From positions 416,001 through 480,000 of the IMG/VR virus record IMGVR_UViG_3300021431_000075: a DNA stretch of 64,000 nucleotides, one strand, 5' to 3'. Position numbers and translations under genes: made by a program. The DNA comes from a virus. Taxonomy: Duplodnaviria; Caudoviricetes. Of this stretch, positions 40,624 to 49,526 are shown one piece after another (the stretch's first letter is position 1; the number at the start of each line of letters is the position of its first letter). The notes beneath the pieces were generated by a model, which was not told the DNA's origin, searched no databases, and saw only the letters and a list, made by a program, of their open reading frames with translations.

Positions 40624-42051
40624 ATGCCGCTTATTAGAAGAGGAAGTAGAAGAAGCGCTCAAGTTGAAGTCAATGACAGCAACAAGAAGTCATCAACAAG
40701 GGACATAACGGATTTTCTTAACACCGATTACAAGGAATATGCAAAGTATGTCATTGCAACAAGATGTTGTCCGGGAATGGACGGTCTTAAGGTCGGTGCA
40801 AGGAAGGTGATGCATGCTGCTTTTAACGGAGCGATGAAGAACGGACAGAAAGTCAAGATGATAAACCTGATTGGGGATGTTTATTCTTATACGATGTTCA
40901 TGCACGGCGATGCAGGTCTTGTATCTTCTATATTCACCAAATCAGCGGAGTTTTCGGATAACTTGAATCCGCTGGAGATTGACGGTCAGCACGGTCATCT
41001 GCGCTCGCCGGATGCGAAGTCGGAACCGCGTTATCTTTCAATCAAGTTGTCTAAATATGCAAAGATTCTGAAGGAAGATATGAATCTTCTTGAATATGTG
41101 TTTGATGAAGGACAGTATCTTGAGCCGACCGTGTATCTTCCGATTATTCCACTGGTTCTTGCAAGCAGCCAAATTGGTATGGCTCCGGGTTACAAGTTCC
41201 AGTGTTCTGTCGGTTACAATCCGCTTGACATCATAGACGCTTGCATCGAGTATTTGAAGAAAGAGAAAATCAAGACAAGGATAAGACCTTATGTTCGGGG
41301 AATCAAGTCTGAAAACTTCACATATTCGGAAGAGTCTGGAAGATGGACTAATAACGGAGAGTACAAGATTGACTTGAAGCATGATATGGTTCTCATAAGC
41401 GACTTGCCATATGATGTCACATATAAGGATTTTGAAGATACACTTAATTCTCTTGTCGAGAACGGAACGATCAAAGACTGGAAGAACTACTCGCATGAGA
41501 ATTTTCTTGACTACCGAATCATATACCAGAAGAACACTCTTTCAAGATTGAGCCAGCCGAGCAATGTTAAGCAGCTTGAGAAGTCATTGAAACTCAATAC
41601 AGTTATTCAGCCGAATATTCTTAATGTCATAGACGAGAATGGAAAAGTCCGTTACTTTGAAGATGAGTACAAGTTGATAGAGCATTATGTTTCATGGCGT
41701 CTTGTGAAGTATCAAGATAGAAAGAATAAGCTTGTTGAAGTCCTTGAAGATAAGTTTAAGCATAACAATAGCATATGTGAGTTCATCAGACTTGTCAATT
41801 CTGGAACCATAAAGATTCAGAACAGGAAGAAAGCGGACATAAAGAAAGAATTGAAAGAATATAATCTTCCTGATTTCGTATTGGGGATAGAGATTTCAAA
41901 ACTGACAGATGAAGAGAAGAAAGAACTTGAAAAGAAGAACGATGAAATCAAGAAAGAACTTGAATACATCAAGAATACAGAAATTAAGGAAATGTACCTT
42001 AATGACTTGAAAACATTGAGAAAAGAACTTGCAGAAGATTTTATAGATTGA
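40624..42051 (+). CDS. DNA topoisomerase II cleavage subunit (T4 gp52/GyrA-like, no CTD)
   Basis: DGLK.GARK, HGD, PRY catalytic Tyr, EP..YLP..P.VL. Confidence 0.9.
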   Translation: MPLIRRGSRRSAQVEVNDSNKKSSTRDITDFLNTDYKEYAKYVIATRCCPGMDGLKVGARKVMHAAFNGAMKNGQKVKMINLIGDVYSYTMFMHGDAGLVSSIFTKSAEFSDNLNPLEIDGQHGHLRSPDAKSEPRYLSIKLSKYAKILKEDMNLLEYVFDEGQYLEPTVYLPIIPLVLASSQIGMAPGYKFQCSVGYNPLDIIDACIEYLKKEKIKTRIRPYVRGIKSENFTYSEESGRWTNNGEYKIDLKHDMVLISDLPYDVTYKDFEDTLNSLVENGTIKDWKNYSHENFLDYRIIYQKNTLSRLSQPSNVKQLEKSLKLNTVIQPNILNVIDENGKVRYFEDEYKLIEHYVSWRLVKYQDRKNKLVEVLEDKFKHNNSICEFIRLVNSGTIKIQNRKKADIKKELKEYNLPDFVLGIEISKLTDEEKKELEKKNDEIKKELEYIKNTEIKEMYLNDLKTLRKELAEDFID

Positions 42052-42068
42052 TGAAGATTTTTCATGAA

Positions 42069-42111
42069 TAAAAAAAAACTGACAGACGTTGCTTCTCAGC
42101 AGTTCTGTCAG
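42069..42111 (-). terminator. Intrinsic terminator on - strand
   Basis: CTGACAGA...TCTGTCAG followed by a long T run on - strand. Confidence 0.75.
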
Positions 42112-42172
42112 CCGTTGGATTATTGCTCGTCTAACAACTAATCTCAACAAAAGTTATTTATGTGCTTATTAC

Positions 42173-42688
42173 TTAATTATTCAAGTCAACGCCGCTCGAC
42201 TTGAATTTCCCTTTGTCATATTGTCGCTCCAAAGATCTTTTTAATCTTCTTCTTGTCTTTCCGTCCATTAGATAATGGTGTTCCGTGAAGAATGCTTCGC
42301 CTTGCAAGTACATCATACGCTCTATGTATTCTTTCTTGCGTGCTTCGTATTCTTCTCTTGAATTTTGCTCTTTCTTGCGCTTGTTCAGTTCGTCTCTTTC
42401 TCTGAGCGCTTTCAGTTTCGCGGTTTTCTCTACAAGGAATTCAAGACCTTCCTCTTTTGAAGAAGATGCCTTGAAGTCAATCTTGTCTCCAATCGGTTTT
42501 CCGGGTTCCAAGTCATATGGAGAACTGTATGCGAATGAAACACTCTCATTCGCACCCTTGGTAATCAGTTCGTCGATTTTCATTTCACCGACTTCTTTGT
42601 TGATGAATTTGACGTCGGTCTCATTGACAACTTCGCCGCAGTCTTTAGCGAGGTCGTCGTATATTTCATTCAATTTTTCTTCTTTCAT
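42173..42688 (-). CDS. Hypothetical protein
   Basis: 171-aa ORF directly downstream of sigma gene. Confidence 0.65.
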   Translation of the reverse strand: MKEEKLNEIYDDLAKDCGEVVNETDVKFINKEVGEMKIDELITKGANESVSFAYSSPYDLEPGKPIGDKIDFKASSSKEEGLEFLVEKTAKLKALRERDELNKRKKEQNSREEYEARKKEYIERMMYLQGEAFFTEHHYLMDGKTRRRLKRSLERQYDKGKFKSSGVDLNN

Positions 42689-42691
42689 ATA

Positions 42692-43081
42692 TTATAAGGA
42701 GTGAACGTTATTGTCAATACTTATCATGTCGCTTGGTTTCATCTTTCCAGAAATCTTATGCCAGCCTTTGTTCAGTCCGTTGACGATGATGCTTGTGAAG
42801 TATGCAAATGGGTTCTTGCCCTTTTCCGGATTAAACCCGCGCCAGTACATCAATATGTCAAGATATGCGCTCTGCCAGCAGTCTTTTCGGTCTTCCGGAT
42901 CGTTGTAGTGCTTCTTTGCAGAAATGTTCTCAATCATCAAGTCGAACATCTTCAATGCTTCTGGCGTCAGTTCGTCTTGTTCTTTTGATTTTATGATTTC
43001 TTGAAGGAGGTATGGATTGCTTACATATTGCTTTCCGTCTTTTTTCGTTTTGATTCCTTCGACATTATCAATTTTATTCAC
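42692..43081 (-). CDS. T4 gp55-like late-transcription sigma factor
   Basis: YVSN..L, FNPEK..NPFAYFTSI..N; abundant ATAAATA late promoters in the window. Confidence 0.75.
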   Translation of the reverse strand: MNKIDNVEGIKTKKDGKQYVSNPYLLQEIIKSKEQDELTPEALKMFDLMIENISAKKHYNDPEDRKDCWQSAYLDILMYWRGFNPEKGKNPFAYFTSIIVNGLNKGWHKISGKMKPSDMISIDNNVHSL

Positions 43082-43143
43082 AAATCATACGATGTGTTTT
43101 TATAAGCTGTATGTCTGTATGTATTAGATTATCAGCTCTGTTA

Positions 43144-43172
43144 ATTATACTTTGGAATATAAAAAAAGTTTA
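43144..43172 (-). promoter_or_regulatory. TAAACT-N16-GTATAAT promoter of sigma gene
   Basis: Motif on - strand upstream of 43081. Confidence 0.6.
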
Positions 43173-43244
43173 AAAATCTTTGATATCTTATATATCTTTG
43201 ATTTTTAAACTTTTTTATCTTATGACTTCTTTTTGCTTAAAAAA

Positions 43245-44378
43245 CTATTCTTTGTTTTTCGGAGTCTTGATTAAGTTCTTTATCTTGGTGAGCAAGTGCA
43301 TTTCTTGTTCAGAGAGTTCGTTTGGAATATCGTATGCAATGTCAAGAATATAGTCTCCGGTTGTTTTGTGACCGTACATGTCTTCTATTGTTATTCCCAT
43401 ATCCCGTATTCTGCATTTCGTTCCCGGTTTCGTGCATGGCTTGATGTTGATGTTCATTTCTTTCTTGTCCGGTAGAACCAGATGATACTTGCATCCAAGC
43501 AGCGCGTCAACATATGGAATCTTGACTTTTTCGACAATCGTATTGTTTATGATTGAATATTTCGTCTTGTCGAAGTCGTATTGCAGAATAACAATAAGAC
43601 TTCCGTTCGGATGATTTGCATTTTTTGCTTCGGAACCTCTGCTTTCATATTGGAACACCTCTCCGTCTCCACGACCAGCCGGAATGTTTATTTCGAATTC
43701 AACTGTTTTCTTCTTGAAACCGGAGCCGTTGCAAGTCGGACATGCTTTCTTTACCGTTCTTCCGCTTCCGCCGCATCTTGAGCACACAGTCTGGATTCTG
43801 CTTATTCCGAATGGTGTTCTTGTAGTCTTGGTTTCGATTCCTGAACCGTTGCATACTGGACATGTTGCAGTTTCTCCGCCTGTTCCGTGGCAGTTCGGAC
43901 ACCTTATGTCGATTTCATATTTGATTTTCTTTTTGAAACCGCAATACACATCTTCCAGAGTTATCGGGATTGTCTTTCTGACATTTTCTCCCGGTATTAT
44001 GTTCTCTCTGCGACTGCGTGTTCTTCCAGATCCGTTTCCGAAAAAGTCTCTGATGTCATCAAACGGATTGAAATCGAATCCGAAATCGCCGAAACCGCTG
44101 AACGGGTCGAACCCGCTTCCTGCTGCAGAACCGTCATATGTTCCGTACAAGTCATATTTCTTCCTCTTTTCAGGATCGTTTAGAACAGAATATGCTTCAT
44201 TGATTTCTTTGCACTTTTCCTCGGCTTCTTTTTTCTCTTTGTCTGTTTTGTCGCTCTGTCTGTCAGGATGATACTTCTTTGATAGTTCCCTATACTTCTT
44301 TTTGAGTATGGACGGGTCATTGTCAACTTGCTCTTTTGTCAAGTCGAGTATCTCGTATAGATTCTTGTTTCCGTTCAT
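43245..44378 (-). CDS. dnaJ: Chaperone DnaJ
   Basis: HPD J-domain, G/F region, four CxxCxGxG repeats. Confidence 0.95.
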   Translation of the reverse strand: MNGNKNLYEILDLTKEQVDNDPSILKKKYRELSKKYHPDRQSDKTDKEKKEAEEKCKEINEAYSVLNDPEKRKKYDLYGTYDGSAAGSGFDPFSGFGDFGFDFNPFDDIRDFFGNGSGRTRSRRENIIPGENVRKTIPITLEDVYCGFKKKIKYEIDIRCPNCHGTGGETATCPVCNGSGIETKTTRTPFGISRIQTVCSRCGGSGRTVKKACPTCNGSGFKKKTVEFEINIPAGRGDGEVFQYESRGSEAKNANHPNGSLIVILQYDFDKTKYSIINNTIVEKVKIPYVDALLGCKYHLVLPDKKEMNINIKPCTKPGTKCRIRDMGITIEDMYGHKTTGDYILDIAYDIPNELSEQEMHLLTKIKNLIKTPKNKE

Positions 44379-44426
44379 AATCGCTATTGATTATCTTTCG
44401 TTTGAAATTTCTTAAAACAAATTAAG

Positions 44427-44460
44427 TCACAGAGTCTTGATTTTCACAAGACTCTGTGGC
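44427..44460. terminator. Hairpin between dnaK and dnaJ
   Basis: GTCACAGAGTCTTG...CAAGACTCTGTGGC. Confidence 0.55.
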
Positions 44461-44496
44461 TATCATTATATATCTTTGTTTTTAAATCTACATGCA

Positions 44497-46425
44497 TTAG
44501 ATTTCCTCGAATTGAGCATCCTCAATATTATCGTTGTTAGCAGTCTCTTGTTCTTGCTGTTGCTCGGAATGTGACGCGTTTGCATCAGTAGTTGTTGATT
44601 GCTGTTGCTGCTGGTACATCTTCATTGCAACAGGACTCCAGAGTTCTTCAAGTTCTTTCTGAAGTTGGTCAAGTTCTTCATACTTCTTGTCCTTTGCTGC
44701 ATTTGACAAAGCATCCGCTTTCTCGTTGATTTTGTCTGCCTCTTCCACAGTCACATGGTCTTTTGCAGACTCATTGAGTGCATTCTTGATGTTGTATGCA
44801 AACTGTTCCGCGCTGTTTGCCTTATCAACATTCTCACGCTCTTTCTTGTCTGCCTCTGCATTTGCTTCCGCTTCAGCCTTCATTCTCTCGATTTCATCTT
44901 TCGACAATCCGGATGAAGCAGTGATTGTAATCTTCTGTTCTTTTCCGGTTGCCTTGTCTTTCGCAGAAACGTTAAGGATGCCGTTTGCGTCGATGTCGAA
45001 TGTTACTTCAATCTGCGGAACTCCTCGCTTGGCAGGCGCGATGCCGTCAAGCATGAATCGACCGATAGACTTCGCGTTTCTTGCCATCTGGACTCCTGCT
45101 GGAGCCTGAAGCACATGGATTCCGACACCCGGCTGATTGTCTTCGGCAGTACTGAACACTTCCTCGTGCTTGAACGGAATCGTCGTGTTTGCTTCAATCA
45201 TCGTGGTCATAACGCCGCCGAGCGTTTCGATGCCGAGACTTAGTGGAGTTACGTCAAGGAGAAGGATGTCTTTTCCTGCTGCGACTGAATCATCACCAGA
45301 CAGCAATGATGCCTGAATCGACGCGCCTGCTGCTACGACTTCATCCGGATTCACGCTCTTGTTTGCCTGCTTTCCGAAATAATCCTCTACTGACTTCTGC
45401 ACGATAGGGATTCTTGTAGAGCCGCCGACAAGGATAATCTCGTCGATTTCCGACTTGTCGAGTTTCGCGCTCTTGAGAACTTCTTCGACAGGAGCCATTG
45501 TTCTGCGCACGATGTCCGAAATCATTTGCTCGAATGTTGCTCTTGACAGAGTCTTGACAAAATGCTTTGGACCTGTTGCGTCTGCTGTGATGTACGGAAG
45601 GTTGATGTCTGTTGAAGAACTTGATGAAAGTTCAATCTTTGCCTTTTCAGCGGCTTCCTTGATGCGCTGCATAGCCATCATGTCCGATGAAACGTCAACG
45701 CCTTGCTCTGACTTGATTGAATCGACAATCCAGTTCACGACAAGATTGTCTATGTCCTTGCCGCCAAGATGACAGTCTCCGGATGTGGCAACGACTTCAA
45801 AGATTCCGTCGCTCAATTCAAGCAATGATACGTCATGTGTGCCGCCACCGAAGTCGAACACGAGAATCTTCTGCTCCTTCTCGATGTTGTTGAGACCGTA
45901 TGCAAGTGCCGCAGCAGTCGGCTCGTTGATGATTCTGAGAACATTGAGACCTGCGATTTCGCCTGCTTCCTTCGTAGCCTGTCTCTGTGCGTCATTGAAG
46001 TATGCAGGAACCGTGATGACAATGTCCTTGACTTCTTCGCCGAGATAATCTTCTGCTGTCTGCTTCATTTTCTGAAGAATCATTGAAGAAATCTCTTGCG
46101 GAGTATATAGTTTTCCGTCGATGTTGACTCTTGGATATCCTGCTACGTCATCGACCTGATATGTTACAGAGTTGATATCGTTCTGGACTTGCTTTGTCTC
46201 GCAGCCCATGAAACGCTTGATTTCATAGACAGTGTTCTTCGGGTTTGTTACTGCTTGACGCTTGGCTCCGTCGCCTACTTTGCGCTCTCCTTCTTTTGTG
46301 AAACCTACGACTGACGGAGTCGTGTTCTTGCCTTCAGAGTTTGGAATAATCTGAGGTTTGCCATTTTCAATGACTGCGACACAACTGTTTGATGTGCCCA
46401 AGTCGCAACCGATTGCTTTTGCCAT
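44497..46425 (-). CDS. dnaK: Chaperone DnaK (Hsp70)
   Basis: [37 protein letters not shown]. Confidence 0.97.
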   Translation of the reverse strand: MAKAIGCDLGTSNSCVAVIENGKPQIIPNSEGKNTTPSVVGFTKEGERKVGDGAKRQAVTNPKNTVYEIKRFMGCETKQVQNDINSVTYQVDDVAGYPRVNIDGKLYTPQEISSMILQKMKQTAEDYLGEEVKDIVITVPAYFNDAQRQATKEAGEIAGLNVLRIINEPTAAALAYGLNNIEKEQKILVFDFGGGTHDVSLLELSDGIFEVVATSGDCHLGGKDIDNLVVNWIVDSIKSEQGVDVSSDMMAMQRIKEAAEKAKIELSSSSSTDINLPYITADATGPKHFVKTLSRATFEQMISDIVRRTMAPVEEVLKSAKLDKSEIDEIILVGGSTRIPIVQKSVEDYFGKQANKSVNPDEVVAAGASIQASLLSGDDSVAAGKDILLLDVTPLSLGIETLGGVMTTMIEANTTIPFKHEEVFSTAEDNQPGVGIHVLQAPAGVQMARNAKSIGRFMLDGIAPAKRGVPQIEVTFDIDANGILNVSAKDKATGKEQKITITASSGLSKDEIERMKAEAEANAEADKKERENVDKANSAEQFAYNIKNALNESAKDHVTVEEADKINEKADALSNAAKDKKYEELDQLQKELEELWSPVAMKMYQQQQQSTTTDANASHSEQQQEQETANNDNIEDAQFEEI

Positions 46426-46502
46426 TATACTTAAATATTAAATAATTTTGTCGTTTAATTTTGAATCGATAATCATCGGATTATCTTTCAAGGGCTTGAA
46501 TG

Positions 46503-46519
46503 TGCAAAGCGTGTGCCAA
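46503..46519 (-). promoter_or_regulatory. Sigma54 (-24/-12) promoter of dnaK
   Basis: TTGGCACACGCTTTGCA matches TGGCAC-N5-TTGC. Confidence 0.75.
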
Positions 46520-46574
46520 ATGATGCATTGAAGCATATTTATGACAATGCTGCATTGTTTAATGCTAAAGTGTA

Positions 46575-46587
46575 TGACATAATGTCA
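46575..46587. promoter_or_regulatory. Palindromic enhancer-like site
   Basis: TGACATAATGTCA, with further TGACA half-sites at 46542 and 46605. Confidence 0.6.
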
Positions 46588-46649
46588 GTTTTCTTTCATT
46601 TTTGTGACAATGATAATAAATATCTTATAATGAAAAATAAGAGCAACTT

Positions 46650-47804
46650 ATGCGCAGATACACCATATTGAGAGAGTCGAAGTCAATAAGAAATTATAAT
46701 CTTGATGAAATGATTTCATCAATAGAGAAAGATGTCAGGGAAGAATATGATTATTATGCAAAGACGCATAAGCCGTTCAATATGGACAGGTTCAAGTCAT
46801 ATTTCTGTGATACGATTGGAAAAGAACTCTTCTATGGAGAGACTTTCCATGACTTCGGGACTTTTGATGTTGATTATTTCCATGTTAGAGTCGTTATGTA
46901 CGATGATGTTTCTTCATATGGTTTCACAGTTCCGGAATTGTGCGACAAGAACAAAAGACTTGTTGTTGTCATATTGTCTTCGAAATTCATCCCGGAAATG
47001 TTAAACGGAACAGGAAAGTTGTTTAATACTTTGACACACGAAATCCGGCATGGTGAAGACATTATTAATGACAGGATAGATACGCATTTTGAGATGATGG
47101 GTAAGACCGCTATCAAGTTCTATGGAGAGACTTATAATGTTGAAAAGTTCAGCAACACGGATGATAGTATCAAATATGTGACATATTTCTTGACAAGAAC
47201 AGAACTTAAGGGATATATCCAGTCAGTTGGCGGCATATTGAGAAGATATTTGAATGAGTCGAATCCGAAGTTGTTAAGAGATGCTCTTGTCAGGCTGGCA
47301 CACAAGATGAAGAAACCTCTTAAATTTCGCAGACTTTATGATTTGTTTTCTAAGAATGATGACGGAAAGCGTCTGTTGCTTGAACTATTCATAAACGAGT
47401 CGAACATATTTAGGATTTATTTCAGAGAGTTGAATGAAATCATGGTTGATTATAGTTTTTTCAAGAAATATATCATCGACTCTATTGAATCACACAAGAA
47501 AGATATGCCGGAATATGTCGTCTGGTTGAAGAATATGCTTGATAGTCAGTACTTTCCAAAGGATGATAATAGACGAAAGAAGCACAATGACATGTTCAAT
47601 TCATTGATGAAGAAATATATGGGTTATGGAATGAATCCGATAGAAGCACTTCAAACATATATAGAGAATGACTATTCGAAAATATTATATGACAGGACAC
47701 ATAGAGATTATATGAAGTTCATTGCTGCTGTTGTAAAGAATCTGATAGAAGAAGTTTCAAGATTTGATTCTAACGAAGAAGCAATTGAAAAGTTGAAGAA
47801 ATAA
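46650..47804 (+). CDS. Late protein with HExxH zincin-like motif
   Basis: THEIRHG with downstream Y....TEL; ATAAATA at 46616-46622. Confidence 0.6.
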   Translation: MRRYTILRESKSIRNYNLDEMISSIEKDVREEYDYYAKTHKPFNMDRFKSYFCDTIGKELFYGETFHDFGTFDVDYFHVRVVMYDDVSSYGFTVPELCDKNKRLVVVILSSKFIPEMLNGTGKLFNTLTHEIRHGEDIINDRIDTHFEMMGKTAIKFYGETYNVEKFSNTDDSIKYVTYFLTRTELKGYIQSVGGILRRYLNESNPKLLRDALVRLAHKMKKPLKFRRLYDLFSKNDDGKRLLLELFINESNIFRIYFRELNEIMVDYSFFKKYIIDSIESHKKDMPEYVVWLKNMLDSQYFPKDDNRRKKHNDMFNSLMKKYMGYGMNPIEALQTYIENDYSKILYDRTHRDYMKFIAAVVKNLIEEVSRFDSNEEAIEKLKK

Positions 47805-47866
47805 TTAAAAATCCTAATTTAAATAATTATTGAAGTTTTTTGTGTTGTTGGTTTATAAATAATGTC

Positions 47867-47874
47867 TATATTTG
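47867..47874 (+). promoter_or_regulatory. Bacteroidota -7 element
   Basis: TATATTTG(CA) before ATG 47904. Confidence 0.55.
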
Positions 47875-47903
47875 CAAAAATAATTTGATAAAATAGAAAA
47901 ATT

Positions 47904-48747
47904 ATGATTATAAATGAAGATTTCAATAATGATTTAACAGCAAATATTTTATTCGAATGCGTTAGTTATAATAGAAATGCTGGAACTTTTGTATTCAATT
48001 TTTCTAATGATAATGATGATGAAATTATAAAATTAGAAAAAAAAAGTACATAGAAGTGAAATTTTCAATAATTGCTATTATTTTGCTTATGAATTTGAAT
48101 CAGATGTTGATTCATATATTAGAAGCCTTTTTATAAAGAGCATAAAATTTCCTGACGGTACTATATCAGAAGATGATAAATGTACTTTTATTGGTAACGC
48201 TGTGAGAAGTTTGGATTCTGAAATCAATCTTATAAAATATGATACGTTGATATATCCGCAATCAATGTCTGAATTGACAAGAGAAATGATAAAATATCTT
48301 TCTAAATTTGCATGACCGAAATTTGTTAGTTTTGAGTTGATAAAAGAGTTGCCAGCAAAAATAGAGTTTGATTATGATAAATTTGCTGCTGGTGAATTGA
48401 ATTCCACATTGCGGAATGGAATGCCAAGATATACAAATGCTCAAAAAGATGATGTATTGAAGAAAATAAGGGAAATGATGGACAATGTTCATTCAAGTGA
48501 TTATTTTTCAATAGCAAGAAGTATAAAGAAGACAAAATATAGACCATATATAAAGAACTATTATAATTTTAAAGATAAAAAAGATAAAGAGCTTTTTGAG
48601 CAGATCAATAATAGCAATGTTCTTGTTGTTGATGATATGGCAACAAGCGGAACGACGATATTTCATCTATTGAAAACAATTCGTTCTATTAATGATAGTA
48701 ACAATATTACCGTCTTTAGTCTTCTCGGCAAAAACTTGAAAATCTAA
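47904..48747 (+). pseudogene. Disrupted type I phosphoribosyltransferase
   Basis: VLVVDDMATSGTT PRPP motif; frameshift at A9 run 48037-48045 and in-frame TGA at 48313-48315. Confidence 0.7.
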
Positions 48748-48762
48748 TTTCTGAATCAATTA

Positions 48763-48805
48763 AACAAGAAACCATTGCCAGTTTTAGACAATGGTTTCTT
48801 GTTTT
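48763..48805. terminator. Bidirectional terminator
   Basis: AACAAGAAACCATTG...CAATGGTTTCTTGTT. Confidence 0.7.
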
Positions 48806-48809
48806 GGTT

Positions 48810-49517
48810 TTAGTTGTTGTTGAAGTTCGACCTCACGAAGTCGCTCAACAATGTCCCGTTGTACATACAGTTCGTATCGGATAGTTTTGTAATCGCATTG
48901 TTGATAATCGACTCTACAGACTTTGTGACTCCTTCTGTTGTTGATGACAGGTTGTTTGCGGTCGGAATGCCTGCATCTTCTCCGAAGTACATTCTTCCGT
49001 TTCTTACAGTGACCGCTGTTCTGCCGTCATCTGAAATGTATGGAACTATGTATTCTTTTCTTTGTGTCGTGTCTATGATTCCTGACGGAATCTCTTTCTC
49101 TGCAAGGTTCTTGTATGATGTCTCGTCCGACTTGTACTCCTGATTGACGAACTTGAAGAAGTTTCTTATCTGCGCGATAGTTCCTTCTGTTCGTTCATGC
49201 TTGACTTCATCATCATTGACAGACATCATTCCGACTGCCTGCGAGTTGTTCGGAATCATCAGCACGTCTTCTTTGTCAAGACTGAACGGGTTGCTGATTC
49301 CGGAGAACTTCAGGATGAATTCTGCATATTCGTCGGACTCGTACATCGCTTGCGATACCAAGTCCGGTCTCATCTGGTAGTAGTCTGTCATCTTCAGAAT
49401 CTCGTAGTCCTTGACAATGCCGGCATTTCTGGAGAATATGCTCTTTGCAAGATTGACAATCGTGTTGCCTTTCCTGTCTATTATCTGCTCTTTCTCATCC
49501 AATGTATACTTAAACAT
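48810..49517 (-). CDS. T4 gp53-like baseplate wedge protein
   Basis: RPDLVS...Y, ILK..GISNPF....L.IP. Confidence 0.65.
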   Translation of the reverse strand: MFKYTLDEKEQIIDRKGNTIVNLAKSIFSRNAGIVKDYEILKMTDYYQMRPDLVSQAMYESDEYAEFILKFSGISNPFSLDKEDVLMIPNNSQAVGMMSVNDDEVKHERTEGTIAQIRNFFKFVNQEYKSDETSYKNLAEKEIPSGIIDTTQRKEYIVPYISDDGRTAVTVRNGRMYFGEDAGIPTANNLSSTTEGVTKSVESIINNAITKLSDTNCMYNGTLLSDFVRSNFNNN

Positions 49518-49526
49518 AATGTCAGA

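Noticed and set aside
43245-46425. Bacterial chromosome origin suggested by dnaK/dnaJ/grpE/clpP
   Set aside because: These genes are interleaved with T4-like structural and replication genes and phage promoters
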